A stretch of 64,000 nt of DNA from Zootoca vivipara. Taxonomy: Eukaryota. The notes below the pieces were generated by a model. It was not told the origin of the DNA, made no database searches, and saw only the letters and a program-made list of their open reading frames with translations. The translations under genes and the position numbers were made by a program. Where the stretch lies: assembly GCF_963506605.1 (NCBI RefSeq), contig NC_083283.1, positions 59,520,001 to 59,584,000 of the forward strand, written 5' to 3'. Positions 49,801-62,900 of the stretch are shown here, one piece after another. Position 1 is the stretch's first letter, and each line of letters starts with the position of its first letter.

Positions 49801-52800
49801 TTTTATAGGATTTACCTCATGCTCATCTTCATTTTCTTATATAGACCCTGTAGCAGAAAATGGTACTTTGGATCTTTTGTCTCTCACCCTCTGTTTCACC
49901 TTCTGATCACTGTGGCTGTAGAACTGTGTGCTCTCCTGTGTTAAGAAATAACAAAGCTGAATTATTAACAATGTAGGTAATGAATTTTAAGATATGTTGG
50001 TGCTTTCCTTATCTAGATCCAGTACAAAATGTGGTCCAGGTCTTGGAGAAACAATACTTGGAAGAAAAGCGTAGCGCTTTGGAAGAGCAGAGGATGATGT
50101 ATGAGCGTGAGCTGGAGCAACTCCGACAGCAGCTTTCTCCGGAAAGACGGTATCAGCATTCTAGTGACAGGCTTTCAGAAGCTGCCCAGACCGCTCAGCA
50201 GAAAGTGAACCTCTGGTCAGAAGAGAGGTGAGAGCATTGATAGTAACTATGAGAGAATGAGTGATGGAAGAAAAATACTATTCTGTGTGTGAATCTGTCC
50301 AGGACAATCTTTCATCCAGATCCCAAATAACTGTAGAACATCCTTCCTGCAAACATGTGATATGAGTAAGCTAACCGTGTTTGTTGTAAAACTTAGTACC
50401 AATTAAATTATTCAAATGCAGGACCCATTGGGGCCCGGGCATTTGGTATGTACCTTCTGTAAGTAGAATGTAGTCCTGCTTACCTAGTGGTTCTGACTGA
50501 TTTGGTCTCATCTGCATTGTCTGCTCAGTTAAGGACCAATCATGTCATAGCACAGGCATTGTGCAGTCCCCATATGGTCAGAATTACTGTAGGGCTTTCA
50601 AAGGAAACTCATTATAGCTCTTGTATAACTTGTAGGTTTCATCTTGGTATACATATAATTTTTCTCAGAATGCCTCTAAAGACGGATTAGCACGGTGGGA
50701 TTTGTTTTGTTACCAAATGGCATTTCCAAGATAGCCTTCACATGTATTTAAAAAAATAGGAAGCATTCTCTCATTTAAAGCTATTATTGTCTCTTGTTAA
50801 AATATTTGAACAAAATTTTTAAAATCTGGAATAATTAATATTCTTATGTTTATAACCTTGTTCATTGTTTCTGTCAATGTCTTTTTACCAAGTTCTCAAT
50901 TTCCCAATTAATATTCTACTGCTACTGTCCATTCCCCCCCCCCTTTAGGGATGAGTTATTTCGACAGAGCTTAGCAAAATTAAGAGAGCAGATAGTTAAG
51001 GCCAACACATTAGTGAGGGAAGCAAATTTATTGGCTGAAGAAATGAGCAAGCTAACAGATTATCAAGTGACACTGCAGATTCCTGCTGCTAACCTGAGTG
51101 CCAATAGGAAGGTAAGAAAATTGATAATTGAAACTATTTTGTAAAAGCCCTTGGAAGTCATTTGAGTCCAGAAGTAGAGAATGAATGAGTGCATGAGAGA
51201 GAGAAAATGGCACATAAATTAAAGGAGTTGTACGGACTGCATAGATATAGCTTCTCTAAACATTCTACCTCACTGAGCTGATACAATACTATAATACCTG
51301 TAAACATACAGTAGAAACAGGACATTCATGCCTGTGCTATCTTGATGTGTCTCCAGTCAGTTATGGTTTCTATTTCTCAGCCACCATTATATAAATAATT
51401 TGAAAATGCAAGAGAATGGAGTACCAAAATATTAACATAGCTATGTAGCATATGTTGTTCGAGTATACATTTGAAAAATGGAATCACTTTGTTAATATGC
51501 ATATTTTATCTGCTTAAGATACTTTGTCTTGTCTTTGTTTAGAGAGGAGCAATAGTAAGTGAACCAGCTATTCAAGTAAGAAGAAAAGGGAAAAGTACTC
51601 AAGTATGGACCATAGAGAAGCTGGAAAACAAGTTAATTGACATGAGAGATCTGTATCAAGAATGGAAGGAAAGAGCCCATGAGGTATTCAACCTCAGTTT
51701 TTCAGTTTGGCCAAAATGTTACTCTTTTAATAAAGACAGAATATTTCTCTAAACATTATATAGCACAGTTGTGCATGTTTATGTAGGCATTTCTGCTGTT
51801 TATCAAACAGCAGTGCTAAATTCAGTTGTATGTTTATCCTAATATTTGTAGTTTATTTCCCTTATACATGTCTGGGAACAGACTACAATGACTACATTTG
51901 AAACTTAGTATCTCTAAAACCATTTCAGTATTATACAGAAAGATCATGTCTTGAATGGAGGTTACATTCTGAGGATGGCGTGTAGACAAAAACCACCTCC
52001 TTGGAACTTCCCACACTCAAGCACCCTTATCCTTTCTGGAGCCATGCCCCCAAGCAGACCTTGCCCCACAAGCAAGGCAGAGAGCTTCTAAGCTCCCTTG
52101 CTTACTAAGCTCTGGGAACGTCTCTCGCAGGCCATCCATGTTCCTGCCAGCTTATGCGAGAGCCTTCCAGAGCCCAATAAGCAAGGCAGAGAGCTTAGAA
52201 GCTCTTTCTGCACTAGGGAAACTCATGCAAAATGTGCTTTTAAGTGCTCTAGCTTCTGTGTATTTAATTTGAGTGACTTCAACCTGTCAGCCTTCACATG
52301 TGTAAAGTGGAAATCACACATGTCAGGGGTCCCTTTTCCTTTACCTTTTAAGTGTATTTTTAGTGTAAGTGAGGCAATATTTTTAGTATTCATCAGAAAT
52401 CTTAATGCAAATGTTTGCTAATATTTGACCTATTATAAGGAATATCAGATTTTCCATAGTTTAAACAAAATAAAAAAATTCCTTCCAGTAGCACCTTAGA
52501 GACCAACTAAGTTTGTCATTGGTATGAGCTTTCATGTATCTGAAGAAGTGTGCATGCACACAAAAGCTCATACCAATGACAAACTTAGTTGGTCTCTAAG
52601 ATGCTACTGGAAGGAATTTTTTTATTTTGTTTCGACTATGGCAGACCAACATGGCTACCTACCTGTTTCTATAGTTTGTTTCTTCAAAGCACATCAGCAT
52701 TGAGTCCTACTATTTGTTTCAACATGAAATGCTATCTGCCTGAACATGATGATCAATATAGTACTTCATGCAATGTAGTATTCATTGACTGGATCAAAAA

Positions 52801-55657
52801 CTAGTACAAACAGTTTTTGTTGTTGTTAGTATTTTTGCACACAGGGAATTTAATTTTGGTCTTCTGTAAGGAACACAAAATTGTTGAAAGTGTTGGTACT
52901 AATTTATTTAAAAGAGGAATAAGCTTTTGATGTTCATAAGAGGTAGGTTTCTGTACATAGAATCATAGAGTTGTAGAGTTGGAAGGAACCTCAAGGGTCA
53001 TATAGTCCAACCCCCTGCAATGCAGGAATCTCAGCTAAAGCATTCATGACAGATGGTCATCCAACCTCTGCTTAAAAACCTCCAATGAAGGAAAGTCCAC
53101 TACCTCCTGAGAGAGACCATTCCACCATTGAGGAGCTCTTAGAAAGCTCTTTCTGATGTTTAGTTAGAATCTCCTTATAACTTGAAGCCATTGGTTTGGG
53201 TCCTAGTCTCCAAAGCAGGAGAAAACAAGTTTGCTGCACCCGCCATGTGACAGCCCTTTAGATATTTGAAGATGGCTGCCATATCTCCTCTCAGTCTCCT
53301 CTTTTCCAGACTAAACATACCCAGTTCCCTCAACTGTTCCTCATAAGGCTTGGTTTCCAGACCTTTGATCGTCTTGGTCGTCCTCCTCTGCATACATTCC
53401 AGCTTGTCAATATCCTTCTTAAATTATGGTGCCTAGAACTGGACACAGTACCCCAGTTGTGGTCTGACAAAGGCAGAATAGAGTGGGACTATTACTTTCC
53501 TTGATCAGGTCACTATGCTTCTGTTGATGCTGCCTAGAATATCATTAGGTTTGTTTGCTGCTGTATCACACTGTTGACTCGTGTTAAGCTTGCAGACTAC
53601 TAAGACCCCTAGATCCTTTTCACGTGTACTACTGGCAAGCCAGGTGTCCCCCATCTTATATTTGTGCAGCTGGTTCTTCGTGCCTAAGTGTAGAACCTTA
53701 CATGTGTCTGTATTGAAATACATTTTGTTAGTTTGGGCCCAGTTCTCCAGTCTGCTCAGGTTATCTTGCATCCTGATTCTGTCTTCAGCAGCAATGGCTG
53801 CCACTCCCAGTTTGGTGTCATCTGCAAATTTGATGAGCATCCCTTCAATGTTGTTGTTTAGTCGTTTAGTCGTGTCCGACTCTTCGTGACCCCATGGACC
53901 AGAGCACGCCAGGCACTCCTGTCTTCCACTGCCTCCCGCAGTTTGGTCAAACTCATGTTCATAGCTTCAAGAACACTGTCCAACCATCTCGTCCTCTGTC
54001 GTCCCCTTCTCCTAGTGCCCTCCATCTTTCCCAACATCAGGGTCTTTTCCAGGGTGTCTTCTCATGAGGTGGCCAAAGTATTGTAGCCTCAGCTTCAGGA
54101 TCTGTCCTTCCAGTGAGCACTCAGGGCTGATTTCCTTCAGAATGGATAGGTTTGATCTTCTTGCAGTCCATGGGACTCTCAAGAGTCTCCTCCAGCACCA
54201 TAATTCAAAAGCATCAATTCTTCGGTGATCAGCCTTCTTTATGGTCCTTCAATACCTTCATCCAAGTAACTTAGAAATAGGTTGAACAACAACAGGCCCA
54301 GGGCAGATGCTCTATATACACTCTAGTGCTCTACATATACTCTTGTCTTCTGCTATTATCTGACCTGCCTTGTTTAGACATGTTGCACAGTGGTGAAATG
54401 GGGATTTGAATATGACTTTATTGGGTGTAGCTCATAATTATTTAGCACATCCATGTTGGATCACTATGCTACCCTGTTTCTCATATTTTAAGACATACCC
54501 ATAAAATAAGCCATAGCAGGATTTTTAAGCATTCAAGGAATATAAGCCATAACCCGAAAATAAGACATAGTGATAGGCACAGCAGCAATACCGGCCATGG
54601 CAGGAGGAGGAGGAAAAATATAAGACATCCCCTGAAAATAAGCCATAGTGTGTTTTTTTGAGGAAAAAATAAATATAAGACATGTCTTATAATATGAGAA
54701 ACACGGTAAATCATTTTTGTTTTTGAAATTTTAATTGTCTTTTTAAAAAAAAACAGATGAATAGACTCACTGGAAAAAGAGGTGATCCTTTCTATGAAGC
54801 ACAAGAAAACCACAATTTAATTGGTGTAGCGAATGTCTTTTTGGAGTGCCTTTTCTGTGATGTTAAACTTCAGTATGCAGTACCAATAATTAGCCAGCAG
54901 GGGGAGGTAAGTTTCAGTCTCTGGTGTCATCTATTCTGTTTTGCTTATGAAGGCAAAACTTTGCTATGAGCAGCACATATGTACTAAGGAAGGAAAGGCA
55001 CAATAAATCCACTATTAATGCATCAATGATGTCTTGCTGCATACACCTGCAATAAGATAGCAGTCAGAATAGGCACACAGTCTATGGACAAAATAAGATT
55101 GGTGCCACAGAAACATTAAATGGAAATGCTTTGAGTAGAGGGCAAATGACCAAGCCACTGAATTTCATGTACTGACAACCAAATTTTTGACTGCAGTTCA
55201 CTTGCTCCACCAATGTTCTAAATCTAAAAGTCAAATCAAAGGGGAAAGTTGTGAGTACACTGAAGGCAATTCAAAACAACTATCAATAACTTCCATTTTA
55301 TTTTTAAAAATGTAAATTTGGCCTCTGTCCTGTATACATGAAGGAGCGTCTCCACCCCCATCATTCAGACCGGACACTGAGATCCAGCGCCGAGGGCCTT
55401 CTGGTGGTTCCCTCATTGCGAGAAGTGAGGTTACAGGGAACCAGACAGAGGGCCTTCTCAGGACTGGCACCCGCCCTGTGGAATGCCCTTCCAACAGATG
55501 TCAAGGAAATAAGCAGCTATCCTATTTTAAAAGGACATCTGAAGGCAGCCCTGTTTAGGGAATTTTTTAATATTTAATGCTGTATTGTTTTAATATTCAA
55601 TTGGGAGCCGCCCAGAGTGGCTGGGGAGACTCAGCCAGATGGGCGGGGTACAAATAA

Positions 55658-55705
<48 letters not shown>

Positions 55706-56122
55706 GCTGAGCAAGGAAATGAGAATTTTACTGGTTAGATACTGAGCACCACATCTTACACATGAACCTCCATAGTGTCAAGTTGGATCTGAGACAGGTT
55801 TAAGAATGGTCATATGTAATGTGCAATTGTTATGTGCATGCTGTTTTTCTGTTCAGTTGAAGCTACAATTATATTTATATATGTAAGTATGTGGATTACT
55901 AATGCTATGCAGTACTACAAGGTCTTCAATATTAATATTTTTGGGGTGCAGGTTGCAGGGCGTCTGCATGTTGAAGTGATGCGTGTCACTGGTGTTGTCC
56001 CAGAACGCGTAGTGGAAGGAGATGATTCTTCTGAAAACTCAAGTGAAAGTGGAAGCATAGAAATCATGGACAACAATGGAGAAATTACTCACAGGCCAAA
56101 AAAACTCACCTGCAGGGTATGG

Positions 56123-56160
<38 letters not shown>

Positions 56161-56909
56161 GATATTTTAATAGGATATATGTATATTTTACCAATACTGT
56201 ATAATACTCTAAACATTTTGCATGTCTTATAATCTGCAATGGGAAATACCTTGTCACTCATCCAGTTCCAGTTGGTTTTCATACACCTTCAGAGATCTTA
56301 GTTTATCTTTAATTGTCTTATGTTCATACTATAGTCAGCACCTTGGATGGAAGTTTTAGACAAGTCTAAAGTTTGTTTTACAAGTAAAATCAACCAATTT
56401 TAAAAATGTAAGCCATTCATTAGGGTTAGTTAATTTGCAGCAGTTGAAGTTTTCAGTGCTTGTCCAGCAGTACATGTTTGTGGACAAGGATTACGAAATA
56501 ATCTTACGATGCTTTTGTTTGTTAAACATGTTATATATATTGAGTGTTAATTTTTAGATTGTTTTATAAGCGTAGCTGTGAGATAAATATTGGCCTTACT
56601 TAGTCAACCATTGTCTAACCGAATATTCTGAATATAGCTGAATATATTAATATAAATATGCCAGTATATTGAATTACATTTTTACTGTTGTCTAGGTAAA
56701 AATTAAAGAAGCAACAGGACTACCTTTGAATCTCTCAAACTTTGTCTTTTGTCAATACACCTTCTGGGATCAGTGTGAGTCAACTGTTGCAGCACCAGTT
56801 GTAGACCCAGATGTGCCTTCACCTCTGACCAAGGATGTCCAGTTTACAGTGACTTTTGCTCATTGTAAGGTAATTTAGTTTGGTTGGAATGCTAGAAAAA
56901 TACATTTGA

Positions 56910-56960
<51 letters not shown>

Positions 56961-59900
56961 TCCATCCTATTGTATAGTGAGATGGAGATGAAACAAGGGG
57001 TTCTAATACTTTCATTCAACAACAACAACAAAATCATTTCCACTGGTTTCAAGTGCCTCCCCCACCAATTACCTTAAGTCCATTCCACTCACCTTTTGGG
57101 AAGACCACCAGGTTCTTCACACACACTCTGGGCCACAGTTTGGGAACGCTGGCATAGGTTAAACAGAATTCTGCAAGTCATTAGTGGCATTGAATGCTGG
57201 AGTTGTGTAACCTGCTCCTGGTACTTTTATTTGTGATTTCCAGTGGAAAGAGGAAGGAAGACAGAACATACAACTTGTTTCTTAGGAAACCTAGTCAGAG
57301 AGAAGGTGTGACCAGCCCATTCACTCTTATGGATTCAGGAAATGAAACATTCATTCTTTCACAAAGTCATATTAGTTAGGAGTGAGTTAGTCTGGCAAAC
57401 TTCCTGGTCTGTGAAAATGGAGCTTTGTTATTCCTAAAATGTTTGGTGGTTATGCTTATTGCAATATATCTCAGTAGAATAGGGACTACAATATTAAATA
57501 TGTTGTAGTAATCAACACAAAATATGGAATTTTGACTAGCTGTGCAAATATAACTGAAGAGAAGTATTAATATAACATAGTGGTCTGTTCAGTATTATAC
57601 AAAATTCTGCATTTTACCTGGTTTGTGGAATTAATATCTTCATTGGGAGTTTTTTTAATCATAGAGCTGATAAAAGATCATGCTTTAAGTGTTCTGCAGT
57701 AAGTATTCCAATTTTCTAGGATTATGTGGTGAATGTAACAGAAGAATTTCTGGAGTTCATTCAAGATGGAGCACTTGCTATTGAGGTATGGGGTCACAGA
57801 TGTGCTGGAAACGGCAGTTCCATATGGGAGGTGGATACTCTTCATGCAAAAACCAGGACCTTGAGAGACAGGTAAACCTATGTTGTATTTTCCTTATAGT
57901 AGTGAAACCTCACTTCAAATATAGGGAGAAAGGAAGAAGTACAGCACATGTGCCAGAGATAAATTGAGAGCTAGAGGGTAATGGGTGTGTATGTCTGTGA
58001 GAGGTGGTAGGAGAGAAATTGAGTACATTCTCATAGTCTTCTTTGTTGCAAGAATATCTGATTTGTTAATTATTAAAAATTGTTTTAATTGTATTGTTGC
58101 TTCCTGCCCTTGGCACCTTTGGGAAGAAGGGCGGGCAAGAACGAGCCGTCTCAGGAACAGTTTCTTCTCTAGAGCAATTTTGGCCTTAAATGGAAAGCCT
58201 GGACTCTGAAGTCATCTTATCTTATTTTGTATTATATTTACTGTTTTTAATTAGGTTTTTGTAATTTTGGATTATGCGGAATGCTTTATCTGAGTGGATG
58301 TAGCAACTGAGTAATTTCGTTGTTCCCGCAAGGGGACAATGACAATAAAGATATCTTATCTTATCTTATCTTATCTTATAAAAATCTAATAAGTAGATAA
58401 AATGAATGGTTCTACAAATTTCCACTAAAGTGTAAGGAGGAGTATTCATACTACTATTATTGCTTTTTGGATTGTCTCTAGGTGGAATGAAGTGACACGT
58501 CAAATAGAAATGTGGGTTTCAATTCAAGAACTGAATGAACTAGGGGACTATACAGCTGTGGAGCTCCACCAGGCAAAGGATGTAAATACAGGAGGGATTT
58601 TCCAGCTTCGACAGGTACAATTAATTTTATCCCTCCCAGATAAGAATACTAATGTGTGTTTACATTAATTTACATGTTTCCCTACTTCTATGACCAGGGT
58701 CATTCTCGCAGAGTTCAGGTGATGGTTAAACCAGTACAGCATTCGGGAACATTGCCACTTATGGTAGAAGCCATCCTATCTGTCTCCATTGGCTGTGTGA
58801 CTGCCAGATCAACCAAATTGCAACGGGGGTTGGACAGTTACCAGGTAGGATAAGTGGCTTTAAAGTGCTAAATTATTAGATTGTGGTGCAGATTTGTTGT
58901 TTTCAATTGTGCCTTTTAAGGATACTATGTGGAATTTGTATGTACACTTGAAGTAATACATGGATGGTAGCTTCTCAAGGGCCATTAGGAATGGCAGCTA
59001 AATGGAACATCATGTCTTGAATTGGTATCCCTTGAATGCCATATACAGTATCAAATTGGTGACTTTCAGGGGGATTGTAACCTTTCAGGGGCATCTTGTT
59101 GGCCATTATCAGAAACTGAATGCTGAGTAGATGAAGTTTGCTGATGGGAATTGTAATTCAAAATGTTTGGAGGACACCAAGTTGGAGCAGGCTGATTTTA
59201 AAAGTTTACTGTAGTCATTGCAAGCCTCAGGTACAATCTCTTCCTCCTTTGTAAGCATGATGAGGAGACTGAAAGGGCTACCTGGGGATTCTGGGAATTG
59301 AATCTGAGACATTCTGCATGCAAAAGCAGATGCTCTGTCATTGAGCTACAGTCCTTCCCCTCAACAACCACTTGCTCACCTCTTGGGCTCTGTGAATAAT
59401 TGCAATTGTATACTAAGGAGTGATTGACACATGATATGCTTTGGAGAGACTGAATCCAAGTCTTCCCTCCGCCCACAATGGGCTTCTTTGCATGTAACCT
59501 TAAATCATAGTTAAAACAACAACTCTGGAAGGGCTCTCCAACCTTTTTGGGCCCATAGGCACATTTGCAAACCAGACAAATAGTTGTTGGCATCCCCCCG
59601 CCCTTTTCAAGCCTAATTTCAGGAGCCTCCTTTCTGTGACATGTGGTAGGACACAAGCCTGAATCTGCCTTGTAGTGATGGGTGAAGCTGGACTCATGAT
59701 TTGTATCCGTATAAATCAAAAGTGGTAAGCCAAGCACAAATATTGGCTTCCACTCATGATTTATTTGGAAAGAAACAAGCCATGAGCCCAAGTTTGCATG
59801 TCACTACAAGATGCACGTGTCGCTGTGGGTTAAACCACAGAGCCTAGGGCTTGCCGATCAGAAGGTTGGCGGTTCAAATCCCTGTTGCTCGGTCCCAGCT

Positions 59901-62900
59901 CCTGCCAACCTAGCAGTTCGAAAGCACATCAAGGTGCAAGTAGATAAATAGGTACCACTACAGCGGGAAGGTAAACGTTGTTTCCGTGTGCAGCTCTGGT
60001 TTGCCAGAAGCTGTTTTGTCATGCTGGCCACATGACCTGGAAGCTGTACGCCGGCTCCCTCAGCCAATAACATGAGATAAGTGCCAAAACCCCAGAGTCG
60101 GTCATGACTGGACCTAATGGTCAGGGGTCCCTTTACCTTTACAAGACATACTCTGGCTTCTTTCCTTTCCTGCATGGCATAGTCAGGTGCGAAGGAAGGA
60201 GGAAAATGTTTGTGCACATTAAAACATAGTTTTGTTTTAAGCTACAGTTTAACATTGCACATGAAGCTGGCTACTACAGTATGTGATTGCTGAATGTCCA
60301 CTGTTACATCAAAGATGTGTAGACTGAGTGCACAATGATAAACATCCAGCATAAATTACCAGCGATATACCTCATTTAGAAGAACAGGTGGACACTTCTC
60401 CCATCAGTCATGTGCTTCAAAAAGTGAACTAATTAATTTAAAACACAACAACCCAATGCTTGAAAGCATGAAGATATCATATACATAGTTAATGTCTCTA
60501 GAAAGCAAGGGAGCATCATTGCATGAATTTTGCTTCTACATGATTAGGTATTAGCCTGGAGGTCCTGACTCTCACACCATTTTACAGTAAGTGGTAAAGC
60601 AGAGCAGCACATGTCTGTTCTCTTCACCATACTAGTGGGTCGCTAAACCTTTATATAAACAAAGCAAATAAATAAAATAAGGTTTGATGCTTTCTGTTCT
60701 GTCTTGTTCTAATTTGTGACCATGATGTGTGCTCTTATTTGGAGTTTGTTAGCAAGAAAAATGCATGTTCTCTATGTTTATAAAGTTTATTTTTTTCTAC
60801 CAGAGAGGAGATGATGATGATGATGGTGATATGGATAGTTATCAGGTATTGCTGCTGCTGCTGTTGTCAAATCACATAGCATGGGGCACAGCTAATGCTA
60901 ATAATTATCAACTCCAAAGGGTCACTGAAATGATTTGCTCTTGGAACTTTCTGCATTAAAAGACACTGATTTAAAGAACAAGCATCTCAGCTTATTTTGA
61001 CAATACTCTATGCTCTTTCATGTGACATTTCTAATGATCAATATATTAATGGTTTATTTAGATTGTTGAAAATTAAGAAAGAACATGGTGGCTTGCAACT
61101 TATTTAAAACAACTGTCAATAAAACAATGCAAAACAGATGCAGGAGATACAAGATAGCAAAGAAATTTCAGAGAGGGAAAAGCCGAGGATTAAAAACCAT
61201 GTCAAGTTACTGCCAGAAAAGGAATGTCTTCACTCACTGATGAAAGTCCATCAAAAAGGGGATAAAACAGACTTCCCTGGGAAGAAAGTCCCCCAGAGCC
61301 TGGGCAAGGCAACAGAGAAAGTTGTATTGTGTGTCAAATTCAGATGTTGGTGCAATACAAGGGAGACATACAACAAAGATCTATAGACATTTCTTATATG
61401 ATAGAATTGAGACTAAAAGCTGAATTCTTCATTTTTTTAACTAAATAATGTTTGAAATCATAATAATTTTTACATATAATTTGTCATCCATAATTTTTAC
61501 AGGTTTCATTAAATCACATTTTGTTCAGTGCAATAACAAAAGCATCAAATATTTATGTAAACTGTTAAACCATTTTTAATAATAAAAAGCTAGTCCTATA
61601 AATTTTGCTTTCCTGGTGCCTACAGCTTTAATAAAGTATGAAGGCTACCCAATACTAAGGGTTTTTTTTAAAAAAAAACAAGCAGCAAGAAAAAAAACAG
61701 TTGTATAAATGTAGGTATCTATGCAAATACCCTAGTAAGTTGTACAGTTGTTCCAAAAACCTACAGCTCAAACTACAGGTGATGGCTGATTCAAATGCCT
61801 AAAGCTCCTCTCTGACCCAGTCCTGTGAAACAAGGAAACTAGAAGTCCAATTTAGGAGTATAAGGAATAAATGGGTGAGCAGTGCTAAACACCCACACCC
61901 ACACACCAGAGGCAACTCAACACACACTGCTTACCTTCTTGCAACCTTCTCCCCAAGCACTCTTATCATAGATAGGGGCACTTCTGGTATTTAGCCTGGA
62001 TGAGGAGAAAATGGCTTCAGAGGACAAACTGCAAGTAGATAAACCACAAGGAGAGGGAAGGCTTTGCAATTCCCTCCCAGGAGGACCTCCACCTCCATAA
62101 TTATGGTACTTCCATAAGTTAGGCAAAACCAGATTTAAAAGCATCATCCTGTTGTCAACAGTAGTTTGAGCCTGAATTAGCTACTAACTTGCTTTGAGCG
62201 GTTCATGGCACTTCCTGGTAATGAATTATGAAGAATGGATCAAACATTTCCTTTAATACCAGAAAGCATGATTGCATGATGGGTTTTTGTTTGCATGTGG
62301 ATGATTTAGTTACACTGGTAACAGCTTCTTATGATGGAATTAATATAGGTTTAAGGGTATATATGTTGATGTCTCTTTAATTGTTTTCACTTTCATATGC
62401 TACTAAATAGTTTGTTGGCCAATGCATTATTTTTCTGCTTGGATCTAAATCACAAATTTGCAAAAGACAAAATACACAAAGAGCTCTAACTATGGAGTGG
62501 GTGGTGCAATTTCAGCTTTTCATTCTTTATGCTCTTTGCAAGTTGGGTGAGCTTACCTTCTTGGGTTATGTACTATCTGATGTAAATGTGAATGAACACT
62601 ATTCGGTAACATCTTCCAATCAAAGCTGAAAACTGCATAAAATTAAATGTGTATGTTGTATATGTTCGAAAAAATTCTCTTTTTCCATAGGAGGAAGACT
62701 TAAATTGTGTGAGAGAGAGGTGGTCAGAGGCACTAATAAAACGCAGAGAATATCTAGATGAACAGATTAAAAAAATCAGCAATAAACAAGGTTCGTGGAT
62801 CTTGTGATTTAATTATAAGAACTTTGTATTCCTGTCTATAAAAAAGAGTGTTAGCCTAATGTATTACTGATTTATTTTAAAAAGTTGTTTGTATTTGAAA

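Noticed and set aside
56690-56702. AG|GTAAAA at the exon 22 start as a recursive splice site
   Set aside because: The flanking intron is short (579 nt), and the GT is explained by the Val codon; no other support.
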